Positions 23,666 to 37,951 are shown, counted from the whole stretch's first letter. The stretch: 56,974 bases of DNA, filler included, from Sphacelaria rigidula (GCA_964200075.2; 6 parts of 6 records of this genome joined end to end with filler, not necessarily neighbours in it), one strand, 5' to 3'. The notes: generated by a model from the letters alone, not told the origin. Numbers and translations: made by a program.

Positions 23666-26600
23666 CGAAGTGAAGGCCCACACGACGTCACGAATTTTTC
23701 AGGAAGCTCGGCCCTGCTCTGCCCTGCCAACTGTGTTTGCGCCGTCAAAGACGGGCGACGGAAGGGTGAGCGAGTGACTATCGTTGGTGCCGAGATGCCG
23801 ACGTTTCTGAGCACATGTTCAGCTGACTACGAGTATAGCATGCTATACGGCAGTGTGGTCAGTACGTGATGTACTGTATTGACCCGGAATTTTTCAAACC
23901 GTTACACTCTCGAAATGGGCAATGTTTAATTAGGTTAAGACGTTGCCTCCTGTCGGATGTCTGCCCTACTTCCACCTGCAGCATCTATGAGGGGCTACGG
24001 GACGAAGAAGAACCGCTGCGAAGCATCGGCCCATGAAGCACTACGTACCCTGCTGTATGGTCTTTCAAGCTATTGGTGTCCTGTTTCATGCATACCGTCA
24101 ACTAGTGTAATAGCTAGATGGATGCTTCAAAATTCAAACTGACTGTTTGCTTTTCAAGATTGTTTGTGGTATCATCAGATTCAAATTTTGTGCCATAAAT
24201 ACCCTCCGCTCACTCATCCTCACCGGTATGCTGCAACTATTAGTGAACACAAGAATTGGTGAGTGCATATGACTTACAAGGATCGAACGGGGAGGAGTAT
24301 GTCGCCTGTCTCGTTGCCTCTTCCGAACGCAGCCGCGACGGTGCCCCCCCAAAACCGCTGCATTGCCCGGAGGAGAAAAGTACCGCCGTTTGTATAGATC
24401 ATTGCAATACTGAAGCCATTTCGGAACACATGTTTAATCCGACCGTTAGAAATCAGAAAGGTCACGGCAGCTGGGCAGCAGCACCCCTGCTTCCCTCGAA
24501 CTTGGGGAGGTGTACGGACGCACGGTGAATGCTAGATACCGCGTACCCATCAGACCTGGTGAAGTCAGACGAATACACCAAGGGAAGGCCAGCCATCACC
24601 CCACTCTCCGGGATAACCACGAATCACGAAAACATACTGCCCTGGTGCATGGGCCCTCGCAACTCTGCCGTTCACCTGTGCGGCGACTGCGATACAGAGT
24701 ACAGTTGCTATACGGAGCACAGATAAGCATTGATCAGCGATACAGATAGACGTGCGGACGGAGCCCAAAACCCAAAAAGAACAGTGCAGGGACCACCCTA
24801 TCGATCATCTAGATCATGGCTTGGGCAGTGTCGAGTCCTCAAAAGTATGGGACAGGCAGCAAATGGGCAAAGTCGCCGACTCGCAAGCCACAGGGCCAGC
24901 CGGAGTCCTCTGAAAACCAACGACCCCCCGGAGGAGAGCTGGTTTACGGTAGCCCCTTTTCCAGCAATGCTAGCGGTGCGACTGGAGGGGAGATAAGATC
25001 GAGGAGCATGGACATGGACGCTGAGACTGTATCTCATGTGAGTTTGTTGTGCTGGTGTTACTTGCGTGCCGTGCGTCCACCGTATGAAACGACGCTCTCA
25101 TGAGTTCGCACGTAAGCGAAGTCCAACTTTCTTTCAATTCGTGAACTCGATGTTCTACTGTACCGTTCTGTGCACCATATATATGCAGGTGGGCGGCGAG
25201 AAGCTTCGTATCAAGTGGTGAACCCCGTCTGTTATGTTTGTTGCCTCTCCAGTTGAAAAGAACGTGAAGCTTAGGGCTGTTTGCGACTCCGAGTCGTATC
25301 GGGATTTGTGTACCTAATGCAAAGTAACAAGCATCGGCACGACTCTGAGTTGCGCTTTCCATCTTTCATAGCTTAAGTGGGTGTGCATATGCGTGCAATG
25401 GGTATTCTTGTACAGACCTGGTTTTGTTCTGCGCGCCAAAAACTTGACATTCATTATTTGTATTGAAAAACTGAAAAACTCGAGTTTCAAAAAGCCGACT
25501 ACAGGCAGTACAGTACAGTATAAACAACACGTGTTCTGCATGAGCACTACAGCTTTTGTGCTATTTTATTGTGCAGTTGATCACCTGGTCCAATCTTGCT
25601 ACTCTTCCTTGCACTGAGGACGTTCACATGTCTGCCCCGAGCCGAACTCCGAAAAGTTGATCATGACACCGGGTTGGAAAAAAAATGGCGATACGACTGT
25701 CTCTACCGAAAAGCTAAAAGCTCAGTTGACGACAGTTGCAGTTTGGATATTGTTCTATACGCTATGTGGCTAGAGCACGCTGTCTGTCCGCACCATCCCA
25801 TACTGTAATGGCATGATGTGTTTTTCCGTTTGGTCGGCAGAGTTCCTTTCAGAACAAAATCATTGACTCACAGTTCGCGCTGTTACAGTGCAGTAGCCCC
25901 GACTTGTGTCCGAGTAGTGCCCTTTATTTGTCTTCCCTCCCTCAGTCACTCCTATGCCGGACTCGGGAGTATGAGGCCAGAATTGACTGCTCTGTACTGT
26001 GTGAACTGCACGCGGTACTGTTACAATATGGACATGGTGTAAGCTGCAGCGTACTGTTCACCTGACACGACAGCAGCAGAGGGCAGTACTCGCGCCTGTC
26101 TGAACTGCGTTGTACACATGTACGTAGACGCCAACACTGACTGTGCTGTGTCGCACATACAGCACGCATGTCCAGTCCGTGAACAATTCACGCTCGCGCT
26201 GGTGAACAGTTCCCACAGTTTTCGATGTCTGGTGTTTCTGGGTGAGCCTGCTACTGTAACTGTATATATACATCCTGAACGGGCCTGACTCGTACAGCAG
26301 TATTAGGACTGATCCTTCTTGTGCACAGCATGTCCCTCGTGGTGCATGTTTCGAAGAGGGTGCGGGAGAGAGAACGCAGCTGGCGCAGGGGAGGGTCCGA
26401 TTGATACCTTGCTTCACATCACTCTGCCGTCCTGTGCTGTTGTTCTCTGCAACGGCGTTATCTGTATATGCCACCGTAGACGATATACTTCGAGAACGGT
26501 GGAGAGAATCCTCGCGCTAACATTACAGGGAACACCTAATTGGACTCCCTCGAGGGCTGAGCCCTGCCTCGTCTGTGTATTTTCAGCTGACAGCCCCGTG

Positions 26601-27929
26601 GCATTATATATTGGGAGGTCATCGGGGGTCAGGGGTGTTCTCGAGCGCAGTTGGATAGTACTGTAGCGTTTCGCGAATATCCAATTGGGACGCCAAGGAG
26701 CGCAAGAGTTCTCACCCTTCACGATTGACTTGTCGTGACCAAAATCAGAAATACGGCCAGACAGCGAAGTAGTCCACCTGTGGTTCACATGTAGAGGAAC
26801 AAAGTGACCATTTTGATAGCTATGATTGATCAGGATGGTCACTCCGCTCCTCTCGGGCCTCGTTCCTGGCTTACAATTTCCCGTGGGAAACTTCCAAACA
26901 CACATGGTTGACTGAGCTTTTCGGTTGTTCTGCGAACAGGCTCCCACCGTACAGATGTTCGCGTTTGGACTACAGATGTTCATGTTTGATTATTCTTGAT
27001 ATGATCGTGAACAACAAAAATTGGAACTTTTGTGGGGCTGACAGTCACGTGTGCTCCTCGCGTGCGCAAAACGCGTTTTCGTTGAAATCGGCGCCACGGG
27101 CGCCGCTTATTGTTCCACGAAGGCCACAGTCTGCCTCAGGAACGTATGTACCGCCCTTGCCCGAAGGTTCTTGGTATGCGTTGGATTGGGGTTAGTGTTG
27201 GGGGTAGCGATACTTGTAGAATTGTGTCAACCATCAATATTTGTAGCCCAACAACGGTAAACTAGCCTCGTCAAAAAACACCCCCTTAGGCCCCTCAAAA
27301 CCCTCGCATGTCCCTGAACTATCAGCCTGCGAAACTGTTCCGAGGTGAGGCTCGCTGTCGAAGGGTTAACCTTAACCCTTCGACAGCGACCCCCCCCGCA
27401 GGTGGACTGAGTTGGACTATGCCACATTTGGGGTTTAGAACTGTTTTTTTCTCGCTACACGAATCGCCTTTTTCATGAAATGTGGACATTTGTCATCTAT
27501 ATACATGAAAAAAAAGTCCCGGATAACCCCTGTGACCAGCTTTTGACCCTGCAGTCAAATGCGTGCAGAGTCGGCATGTATGTGTGTTGTATATAATCAC
27601 TGGAAACAACGGCAGGGACAGTATGCGTGTGTCATCGCTTTCCACTGAATAGAATCTGCTGCATGCTACTTATGCCCCCGCCCATAGTAGTGCTCAACAA
27701 CAACACTGTGAAAATATGCTGGCAGCACATGAGGGGTCAGGCAGGCGGCGTAGACCACGAGCAGAATACAAGACAAGTTATTTGCACCCATGTAAGTTAT
27801 GGTTGGTTTTCCACGACCAAAAGGAATTGTGGGGGTAGACAGCGAATGCGTCCAATGTAGTCCACCCGAACCGGAAGAACGTGCTCATTTTGACGACAGT
27901 GATTGGTCAGAATTGGCATCCCGCGCCGG

Positions 27930-28170
27930 ACCTGAGGAAATGTACGTGAACAATGGTTGGTACTATGGAGATGTCACCAACCCTAACGCTAACCTAACGC
28001 AAACCCCGACCAAGGCATACCGAGAACCCTCGGGCGAAGGGGGTGCGAAGTGATCCTAAGGCAAAGAACGTGCTTCCAGAGCTCAAATCGACGCCTTTCA
28101 GCCGATTTAGGACCAAAACACGTTCTGGACGAGCTGGGTCTACTGCTCACCACTGCTCATCTGCCCTAGA
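27930..28170. repeat. Abundant dispersed repeat with CCCTAA-like motifs
   Basis: CCCTAACGCTAA...CCCCGACCAAGG.ATACCGAGAACCCTCGGGC.AAGGGG; copies at ~27050-27200 (-), 49878-50020 (+), 50170-50290 (-), 51160-51330 (-) and 53720-53960 (-). Confidence 0.8.
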
Positions 28171-28439
28171 CCATGAATTTTCTCAGAACTTTCTCCACTC
28201 CGCAAATCAAGTGAAATCGAGTACCAACCATTGTTGCCGTACATTTCGTAAGGTCTACTGCCTCCCCGGCCTCGTGCACGGCTCATAATTTTCCCCGGGA
28301 GACTTCCGAACACACATGGTTGACTTGGTGAGCTTTTCGGCTCTTCTGCGGACGCATCCCCCCCCCCCCCCCCCAGCCCCCACCCCCCCCGGCAGGGCGG
28401 GCCCACGGGCACAATAGCAATGCCAGGCCAAAAAGAAAA

Positions 28440-28539
28440 NNNNNNNNNNNNNNNNNNNNNNNNNNNNNNNNNNNNNNNNNNNNTTAATTAATTAANNNNN
28501 NNNNNNNNNNNNNNNNNNNNNNNNNNNNNNNNNNNNNNN
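28440..28539. other. Artificial contig linker
   Basis: N44-TTAATTAATTAA-N44. Confidence 0.97.
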
Positions 28540-28611
28540 AGGGAAAGAAGGGGGGGGCGAAAGGCAAGAAAACGCCCCAGCCACGTGGCCGCGCAAAAAG
28601 CGCAAGCACCC

Positions 28612-28645
<34 letters not shown>

Positions 28646-28739
28646 AGGAACATTGTTGTCGTCCGGATTGTCGAATGACTTTGTTTCCCCACCCTACATA
28701 AAACACAATCATTATCACCACGACCCATACGTTGTTGTA

Positions 28740-31700
28740 GGAACGTGTTACTGGGAACGATCGACTTGACCAGCTACTCCGACGATGCTAGAGTACTATC
28801 CTTGGGAGCACACTTCCGTGGACCTAACACTTGATACGCCCGTGTCTCCATCGTTCAAAAACTCGAAGAAGTGCGCCGGAGGCATTAGTCGTTGTGCTAT
28901 CCATAGTATTTTTGTGTCATGTCGGGGTTGGGATAAGCATGATGGTCCGGGAGCGCAGGTAGATAATTCAATCACATCGCACATGCTCGCCAGCTTCAGA
29001 GTGTTCCGCACTACCCACGGGTTCTTGATCAAATGTTTACATTATAAAAATAGTGGCCACTCATGTGCATTAGTGCTGTACACCACTTTTGACTTCAGTC
29101 CGGAGAAATTCGTTCGACTCAGTGAACACGTGTCTCAACATGTCAATTTGTCAAAATATCAACAGAGAAGGACAGAAGAGCCGGAAAAATAAGCTTGGGT
29201 AATGAAAATCGGCAATAAACCAACGCATGGTTTCGCCTTCCTACATACAGCTGCAGTCCTATGATTGGACGCCGACCGAGACTTCGGATATACATCCTGG
29301 TTACAAATTACTCGTGACAATGAAAGTGACATCAACTCATCAACGTGTGCCCAATACTACGAACGTACACTTGCTGTCGGGTGGAACGATACTCGGTTGG
29401 GAAACGATGGGGAAACCTCTCCATACTTGTGATTGATTCCAAAACGTCAATATGACCTGGCTACTTTGACAGGGATTACGATGGTACATCGACATACTCC
29501 GGCGTACGTACCAGAGCTTTCGTGACATCCTTTGTTGTCCGCACGAGCGTCTCTTGCCCTCTCCTGCCGTCGTCCGCGCCCCGCAGCGTCGGTGAATTCG
29601 TGACCTCCAACTGTTCTACACCGGACGCCTCTCCTGAATCTCCACTAGCGACTACCTCCACTACCGCTCCGATTGAGGGTGACAACCGTCTGGCGAAGCT
29701 CACCCTACCATCAAGATTCGGATGCAGGATTCCCAAGCCTCTACCGTGAACAAATTCCGCCAGGAACCGTTCGAGAGAGCCAGCCCACGACGGCACTGTA
29801 GCTCTGCCCGGGATGTCGAGGAGGGGAACACCCTTCCTCGCGGAAAAATGGGCAAGTGCGAAGTGGAGTAAACAACAGGCAACGAACCGCTTGGGTGAAC
29901 CAGTGTGGATTGCATTTTTTCAAATGAAAATGCCAGCTGCAATGAGTGGCTCACTCTCCTCTCCAGTAGGTGCAATACGATCGGCAGACCATATAGCATC
30001 ACGTCGGGGTTAAAACATGTCATTTTGTCCATTTGGATTGGGCTGCGGTGGACACTAGTAGTGCCGGTAATGAAAACGCTACCTTACCCGTGTACTGCCA
30101 AGCCAAGCAATCAGCGCAACTATATGTCACTGTGCGGCAGCAAAGACGGTCACTTTCATGGCGAGCACGACAGCGCTTTGCAGCTCTCTTCAGATGTTCC
30201 AACTACAGTCTGTCTTATCATCCTGAGGCGTGAGACCGCACACGTACCGCATATTCCGAGATTTCGACACGTTTCGCGCATAATCACAATCCCTGCCCTC
30301 TACCTGCCCTCCCCCAGATAATCCGACGTACCTCCGACGAATCAGCATCCAGAACTCGCGCGCGTGCGTCCATAAAAGTGGCGAAGTCTCCCCACTAGCC
30401 TCATCCCCAATTCCATGCGGGGCGCGGATAGCGTAAGGGAAGGCGAGAGGGCAGGCGAGACTTGAGTTAAGTAAATACGAGATAGCAAGGCGAGCTGTTT
30501 CTCGTCCACCGACTACTGCAGTCGATGGGCCGGTTCAGGGCAGGCGACTTGACGTCAATGACCCGCTTTGCGGACCTCAACTGCTCGTCACAAAAAACAA
30601 ACGTGACATGGTGAAGGACAGTCGAGTATCTTTCAACTCCGGGAAATCTCACTCGAAGGAGTGTGCCCGACGGTGGGAAGTCCATTCCTGCACGCCCTGA
30701 GATGCGTTAACGCATGCCACCAACTGAATCCAGCAAGTATGCCTCCCTTTGAGGGTTGTCGTGAAAATCCTTGGACAAAGAATCAAGATCAGAAAAAATC
30801 ACCTGCCACCCAAAGAAAGCAGTTCCTCGGGAACCCGGTAGGGTGTGAAAAATAGGTTGTTCGCCATCAGTGGCCTTATAAGCCTGCCAAGACAGGGGTT
30901 TGCCGGACACCTGTGCAACAATCAAGATACGTCACACGCCCAAAGCAACGGAAACGTATTACCGGCAATAATACAGATACGGAGCGGCGGTACAGATGAT
31001 TGGGTGTCAGCATGTTGCAGCCTCTGTAACTGAAAATCAGCTGAAAATGTGGGATTCGTTCGTGGTGGCTAGACCACTTCGACAATTGAATAATAGTTCA
31101 CAGACACCAACATCTGCCTGCCACAATGAGCTCTCGCTCAACGCTCTTCTTAATCAACTTTGTTGTGAGTACAGAGCGAGTGCAACGTGGTCCGAATTAC
31201 AGTACAAAGAGTCATGTCAATTTCATGCCCGCGAAACATGTGGAAAGTGTATGTCGCCCATTCTCCGCTGGAGAACCACTGCCTAGAGCTGCTCTCTCGT
31301 ATAGTGCGCCTAGTAGTACTGTACGGGCTCTCAAAACGAACAGCTTCAAGGGAGGATTGCACACACCTTGCCAACTCCACCGCGTAGCTATGAGCTACTT
31401 CGGCCCATTCGCGCGGGACACAAGAAGACGAGCGCTTGGACGTGCTTCGTGAGCCAAGTATTTCGTACTCATGTATTGTATACCACAAAACCACATAAAC
31501 ACGACAGTATTTGCGGAAAAAATGCATATTCTACTTTCATCAGAGGTCGGCCCTCTGACAGTCAAACAGACACTCTACCCGAGGAATTACTTGTGTGGCT
31601 CCGAAATATTCCTTTTGCGATAACCAAAATGTCTGTTTGCTCAATCGAAGACTGACGAGAGCAGCAAGGGTCATCATGTGCCAATCTGAACTAGGATTAC

Positions 31701-34700
31701 CATTTTGTAAAAAGTACCGACCATTTACTCATCTCGCGACCGACCCGTACTCTACCATGTCATTATCGAGAGTAGACTAAGGAAGCAAAGACAGGACGTG
31801 CTTCTGCGCAGTCATCGCTCGAGTCCGTTCTTCGTAGGAAATGGCACTGTAACGGACGGATCAACATGGCACGGAAAAAAAAGTGGCACCCGATCCTATC
31901 GCGATCAGAGTGAATGAGTACAATGACTGGCAACAGAATGGGACCACTATGGAAGCTCATGTTCCGAGACAAGCTGTAGCGGTGAGTAGGTTAAAGCAGT
32001 GCTGTCCCGTTGCGATCTGTCCTCGACGAATGCACCATGGACACATAGTCGCTTCTCACCTCAGAAAGCCCCGTTGCCGACAGGGAAATCCCGAACACAT
32101 TCTCCCTAAATATGTGCTTCTCCTCTTCCGTAACCTCATCGCCTAGATACCGCCAGAACGTACTCGACAACCACATGTAAAAGAGCTGTGAAAGCTCCAG
32201 TCCTTCGGGAATAACCAACCGGACCTGCGACCAGCCATTCGTGAGGACATGCACATTGATCCAAGTATTACTACAAGATTGGTACTGTGATGGGTGATGA
32301 TGGTACATCTTTAGCATGCGCTTCTTCCTCCAGTTTCGGAGTATGATCAATGCCCTACGGAAGCCGCCTGGTTTCACTCAGGGTTACCCTGGCGCCCACC
32401 GCGGGTGGTCAGACATCACATCGTGGCTTTTGGGGGGGGGATGGAGGGAAGAATCCCAAACGTCTCTCGCGGCGGGCCAGTCTGGCAAGTTTACGCTGTC
32501 TCCCACTTTTCACGACAAGCAGGTTTCCTGGGCTTTTGCTGCTTCATGTTGGACAAAACAAAATCCATCAGCCTGAAGAAATAAACGTCACATGCAAGGC
32601 CTGGGCTTTTTTCAACTAGGTACGCCATGCTTCGTTTCATTTCAATCTTTCAGCGTTCATCCAACAGCAGCAACCCGCGTGATCCTCGAAATATGTCTGA
32701 AAGGATAGCGACGACCATGGCTCTTTTTCGTTGTACACAAAAACACAAACTACTTACGTGTGATTTTTTTCAGCCGAAGGTTCACTCAAACGAAACAACG
32801 CGAACTGCATATACTCTTCGTATCGTATGTATCGGTGGCGGTCCTGAAAATGTCACCATCCGCGTAAGGCGCGAGCTACTCGCTCTGTGCCTCAATAACC
32901 ACGCAAACCACGATCAGCGAAGGACATGAGCTGCTTGCTCTGTGCTCACGTCCGAGCAAGTATCGTCGGTGGTCAGAATTGCATCAATTCCCTTGATCGA
33001 CACTGCCATTTGGAATGATATCATCGGGTGATCTTCAACGCCGATACGGTAACCCCTACACCTTAGCCGAGCAGATCATCATTGTTCAAGTCCTTCTAGT
33101 GGAGAGGAGCAGCATCACCCCCAATGACAGCATACCGTGTACACTACTTGTCCTTGAATACCTGACTCGTCTTCATGTGCTTTTTTCTCCACATATTTCC
33201 GGTAATCGATCTAGGGAGTTATCTGAGGCATCTCGCGCGCAATGGGTTCAAAAGCCTTTCATGGTTTCGCAAGTCTTGTCCGAAATAGGGGGCCCGTTTG
33301 GAACACAACGCCCGACACCGTGAGCTACAACAAAAGAAAAAATGAAGGACAAACCAAAAACAGGTCCTGACTTGGTGTCCGTGAGAGGCGCTTGCTGCAA
33401 CATTTCACCAAGCCGGCCATTTCCTTCACAGATTTCGCCATCACGTCAGTTGGTCTCAACGCGAGTCGCACGGGGTGATTCCGGCACAGCTTGGGGGGTG
33501 CTGTCGGGGGGGGGGGGTGAGGATCGGTGCAACCATAGCAAGCGAGATCCGGGCTGACAAGTGGTGGACATATTATCGTACCGCAGCTTTCGGGGAGTCC
33601 CACCTAGCGTGGACATGGGCAACGACAAACAGTAGAAGGATGCGCGGATATATAACCACGGTAGCAACCAATACAGCCTCGGCTATTCTGTACTTTAGCC
33701 CGAGTTACATGCACAAAAAGTGAAGCGACCCGGTCGTCGTGAAACAAGGAAGCAACAATTCGCACATGCATAGTAGATGGAGCTGAATAGAGTACGGTGG
33801 TGCTCAGCCTCGAAGCATACTACTGTATGTATAGGTTGACCTACTGTCAAGTCAACTAGTGGGGTGAGGGGTGTAGGGGAGCCAAGATAACATAAAGCTC
33901 AACAAGACCCACTATAGGAGAGACCGTGTCACTGAGATCCACAGTTCCCCTCCAAAATGTACTCCATCTCCAAGATATTGGAAAGAGTCATGACCGCACT
34001 CTTTCACAGCTAGCATCAACTAGTTGAAGCACCATAATCTCGCGAAAAGACAAGTACTCATACCTCGTTAAACTCTTCAATGTAACAGATAGCGCAGCGG
34101 CGATACATACCTCTCTAGATGTTGGTTGAGTCCACATCCTCGCCCAACCTTCCAGTGGGGGCACGTCTTCATGGTCCGTGGTGAGTGTTCGAACCTGATA
34201 GGTGCCGTGTGTCCATACAAACCCGTCCTGTGCTGCCAGCACCTCTTGCGCGTGCATCGTGAGAGCCCACACACTCAACGGCAAATTCGCATCCTGCGCG
34301 TGGGAAAAACGGATTGTTTCACACGGAACGAGATACCCACCCAAACCTGGCAGGCCGTGCTTCTCCAGGAACCGGCATCCGAGCACAACACATATCTCCC
34401 ACGTATCGCATATTGCACGGAAACAATCGGGACTCGCTCGCTCTGACCAAAATAGTCAACATCTCGAATTATTGCCTATCAACTGCCAGGGTTTTAGCGA
34501 ACGTCACATCTCAACGTATGTAGGACCTCCGCCACAACTGACCTCTGGGTAGCAAGCCTCATGTAAGGACATGAGTGTTGTTCGAAGGCTGTTGGTGTTC
34601 CCCCTGGCCACCACGTGAATGTGGAGGTCTATACTGGCTGGCATTGCTGCCCACGGGATGTCGATGTCCTGGCAGACATCCGTCGGCCACTTCGGTCGAA

Positions 34701-35280
34701 AAGTAAATGCCTTCTGTTCGCGGAGAAAAGGTCGACGGGCGAGAAGTTCGACAGCCAATGGTAGTGTATGAGGAGAGAAAGGAACAAGCCACGCACACAG
34801 TGAACCAGCCCACTAACTGCAAAGTCCATGAACATTAATCATGGCTGTGAAGTGATTTTGTAAGAATGCACCGAATTGAAGATCCTGAAATCCTTCTCGC
34901 CAAGACGGTTAATCCTTTCGGAACGGTGCCCTCCCATCCTGGGGCAGCACGCCTCATCATGCGCGGCTCCACGAGAAAGCACGAATGTTGGCAAAAGCAG
35001 TACCACAAGTAAGGGTTGCAGAACAAGACAACATGCGAATAGACCAAAAAAACCCAGAAGCCAAACCTGGCCACCCAATCGTAGCGCCACTGAAAACTCC
35101 GCCTTCTCTTGATCGTCAGGTTTGAGGCCGTCACGTCACATAAGACACTAAGTGCCACCGCTCTTCCCACAAGACACGCGGAACCATCAACCTTAGAAAT
35201 CCGCCCGGCTGGCGTGCAACAATTCAAGTCGCGTCTCCTCTTTTGGACTGTTTTGGTGTCAAGGTCTTGCAATGCTCTGA
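28740..35280 (-). pseudogene. Decayed coding-like tract of unknown product
   Basis: About 6.5 kb with almost none of the repeat families seen elsewhere. Minus-strand ORFs are broken by isolated stops but can continue in the same frame (e.g. 34758-34504 and 34386-33988). No motif was recognised. Confidence 0.35.
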
Positions 35281-35288
35281 GAACATTC

Positions 35289-35458
35289 CACACCCTGGAC
35301 AATATATGGTCAATAGATGCAATAGAAGAGAAGTGTACCGAATAAAGCATAGGCCTATTGCAACTATTACCGGCCGACAATAGTCGCAATAGGACTATAC
35401 TTTATGCAGTCCGTTTCTTGTCTATTGCAACTATTGACCATATATTGTCCAAGGTGTG
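35289..35458. mobile_element. 170-bp hairpin MITE with perfect 8-bp target-site duplication (hAT-like)
   Basis: GAACATTC|CACACCCTGGACAATATATGGTCAATAG...CTATTGACCATATATTGTCCAAGGTGTG|GAACATTC; the TSD copies are at 35281-35288 and 35459-35466. Confidence 0.9.
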
Positions 35459-35469
35459 GAACATTCCAA

Positions 35470-35950
35470 GGGTAGGTCGAGTAGAGTATGTACTTATAAG
35501 TACTCGGGTAAAATACTTCAAGTATAGACTCTACTCGACGTTTTTGTAGGTCGAGTGCGGCCTCAAATACTCTACTGGAATTTCGAGTAGGTCGAGTACG
35601 GCCTCAAATACTTTACTCAACTTTTGAGTAGGTTGAGTATGGTCTCAAATACTCTACTCAATTTTTGAGTAGGTTGAGGATGGTCTCAAATATTGAGTAA
35701 GCACTCTCAGTAATACCTCGGTACTTCCTCTACCCGAGTTTGAGTGTCTTGCGTACGGAATTGAATATTGAAGTTGAAGTTAGAGGTTTTCGGTACATCG
35801 GATCCGGCCTCAGATACTTTACTCAAATTTTGAGTACGTCGAGTACGGTCTTCAATACTCTACAAAAATTTTGAGTACGTCGAGTACGGCCTCCAATACT
35901 CTACTCAAATATTGAGTAAGCACTCGCAGGAATACTTGAGTAAAGTATTG
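35470..35950. repeat. 41-bp minisatellite with internal TACTC/GAGTA dyads
   Basis: TACTCTACTCAA.TTTTGAGTAGGTCGAGTACGGCCTCAAA repeats at ~35568, 35609, 35650 and again at ~35815-35910. Confidence 0.85.
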
Positions 35951-35960
35951 AAGACCTATA

Positions 35961-37008
35961 GTAGTCAGCATCAGAAGTCTTCAAGGGTCGGACAAACAAT
36001 GATTTGTCACGAAATTACTTGGTTCTAGGCTTTATTTCAGCGTTGCAACCCAGTTACACGGAGCCCAGACACGTGGAATGGTGCAAAAGTTGCATGGACA
36101 CCCCTTGGACCAGCGACCAACTTTTTTCTCCCTTTTGGGCAATCGGGCCGAAGAAATCATGAATTTGGTGATTTTGAGTCGTGATGATTTGTCCTAACCG
36201 TGGGAGTTTTCAAAATTCGTAGTCGGTGTATTTTTCGAGTTTTTGTGGAGTACTATTCTTCACTACTACTTGACAATGCTAGTGCCGGTAGATTGAGAGA
36301 GAAAGCGTAGGCCGCGCTCAAACTGCAGTGCTCAAGTTGTTGTTTTGGGAGCGATACGGACTTGATACTCCGTTTATCAGGAGGGTGTTAATGGTCGTTT
36401 TTGGTCCAATATAAGCGGTTTTCCCGCTCCTTGACGACGAAACGGTAAATATTCAGATAGATGAATACGTGTAAAATCCTTCACAATAACGATCAAGGTC
36501 GTGCTTCCCTCCTATACTGCACAGACCTGCCTAGCATTTTCTGCGGATGATCTCTTTTCGGGGGGTTTTCGCGAAACGTTTTCCATGAGCACTCGAAAGT
36601 GCTTGCGTCGATAGTTTTGGCAAAATAAGCAAACCGTGCTCAAATCATAATCGCCCAAGTTGGTGTTGTGAGGGCGATACCAGGTAAAGACCCCGTTTAT
36701 CAGGAGGGTGTTAATGACCGTAAATGGTCCAAGAAAGATAGTTTTCCTGCTTTAGCGCAGTGACTTAGTGGAATTTCGAAAAAACAATCATTTTGAGTCT
36801 TCACTTAGATGATCCGGATCGAGTCGGTCCACCAAAAATACCGAAACAACTTTTCTTTCAATACTTGTCAAGGGGATTAAAATATCTCCGGATGCCCATT
36901 TTTTTTTTTCTAACAGTCACGGTGACGAGCGGTGGCAAGCAAAACAATTTTGGACAATCTTTGAGAAACTCAGAAATTATGGATTCTGCATATTTCGGAC
37001 ACTGACTC
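35961..37008. mobile_element. Second copy of the GTAGTCAGCRTCAGAAGT TIR element family
   Basis: Same left end and long colinear similarity to 3400-4228. Its first ~240 bp also match fragments at ~18830-18926 and ~40790-40990. Confidence 0.85.
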
Positions 37009-37951
37009 CTGTACCCTTGGAACATTCCCACACACAAAAATATTCTGAATTTACCCCGACTTTCTCTACGTCTGACTCCCGAAGCGAGTAGAAATGCTAT
37101 CGACATCTCATTCCGGGACTGATAGAATGTCTTGGCCGAAACACTATGTTGTATGTAAGGTCGAGCTTGCACGCGGGGCGATCTAGGTGCAAACATCGCC
37201 ACGCGGAGCTCACCTTTTTTGAGTTGGGACTTGAAATTGTGACACCAAATGGCATTTTTTGGTTTTTGATGGTGAAGCCAACTCGCGTAAGAATGCACCT
37301 TTGGCGGGACTTTCGTGCGGACCGAAGGTACTCGCAAGATGCAGTATTTTATACGCTGGCTACGCCAGTACCCAACCCTACAAATCCCCTGCATCTTGGC
37401 CCGCTCAGCTCCTTGTCGGTTGATGAGATAAAGGGTGAACATCTTCAATAATGTATATATATTGTTCACAAAGGTTTTTCCTCGCGACTTCTCAACGGTA
37501 GAACCCGTAAGTGCTACGAGCTGGCCCAGCCCAGAAACGGATTTAACGTGGCAGAGCAATATCTCATCACCGGAAACGAATTGGGCCGTGATCCGTAGAT
37601 CGTATTAATCGTCTTATCAAGGGGAAGGTGCCCATCTACTCAAAAGTTTCGGCCCATATTCTCTCGTTGATTAAACCCCATGTCTAGTCACTGCTATGTC
37701 TAAGGGAGATAGCGCCAATACTAAAATCTCTGTGAAACTCTCGATTTATGCATTTAACTGATGGCGACGAAAATTGGTTTGGAGAACCGCAAAAGAGTGC
37801 CGAATAGGAAAAAAAAATGTTTTTTTTTTTTCCATAGATGTCAAGGCGTTCTCGTGAAGAAATGGGCTTCACCATACTAACACGCTCTCAACCATTCAAA
37901 AAATGAATGAAAAATAATCTAGTCCACTGAGTTTTGTTAATTATGCCCTGG

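Noticed and set aside
24500-26700. Cluster of short overlapping ORFs upstream of the PDZ gene
   Set aside because: No consistent frame, splice model or domain motif.
36858-37559. 233-aa ORF
   Set aside because: No ATG-initiated recognisable domain; it spans repeat-element sequence and the end of a TIR element.
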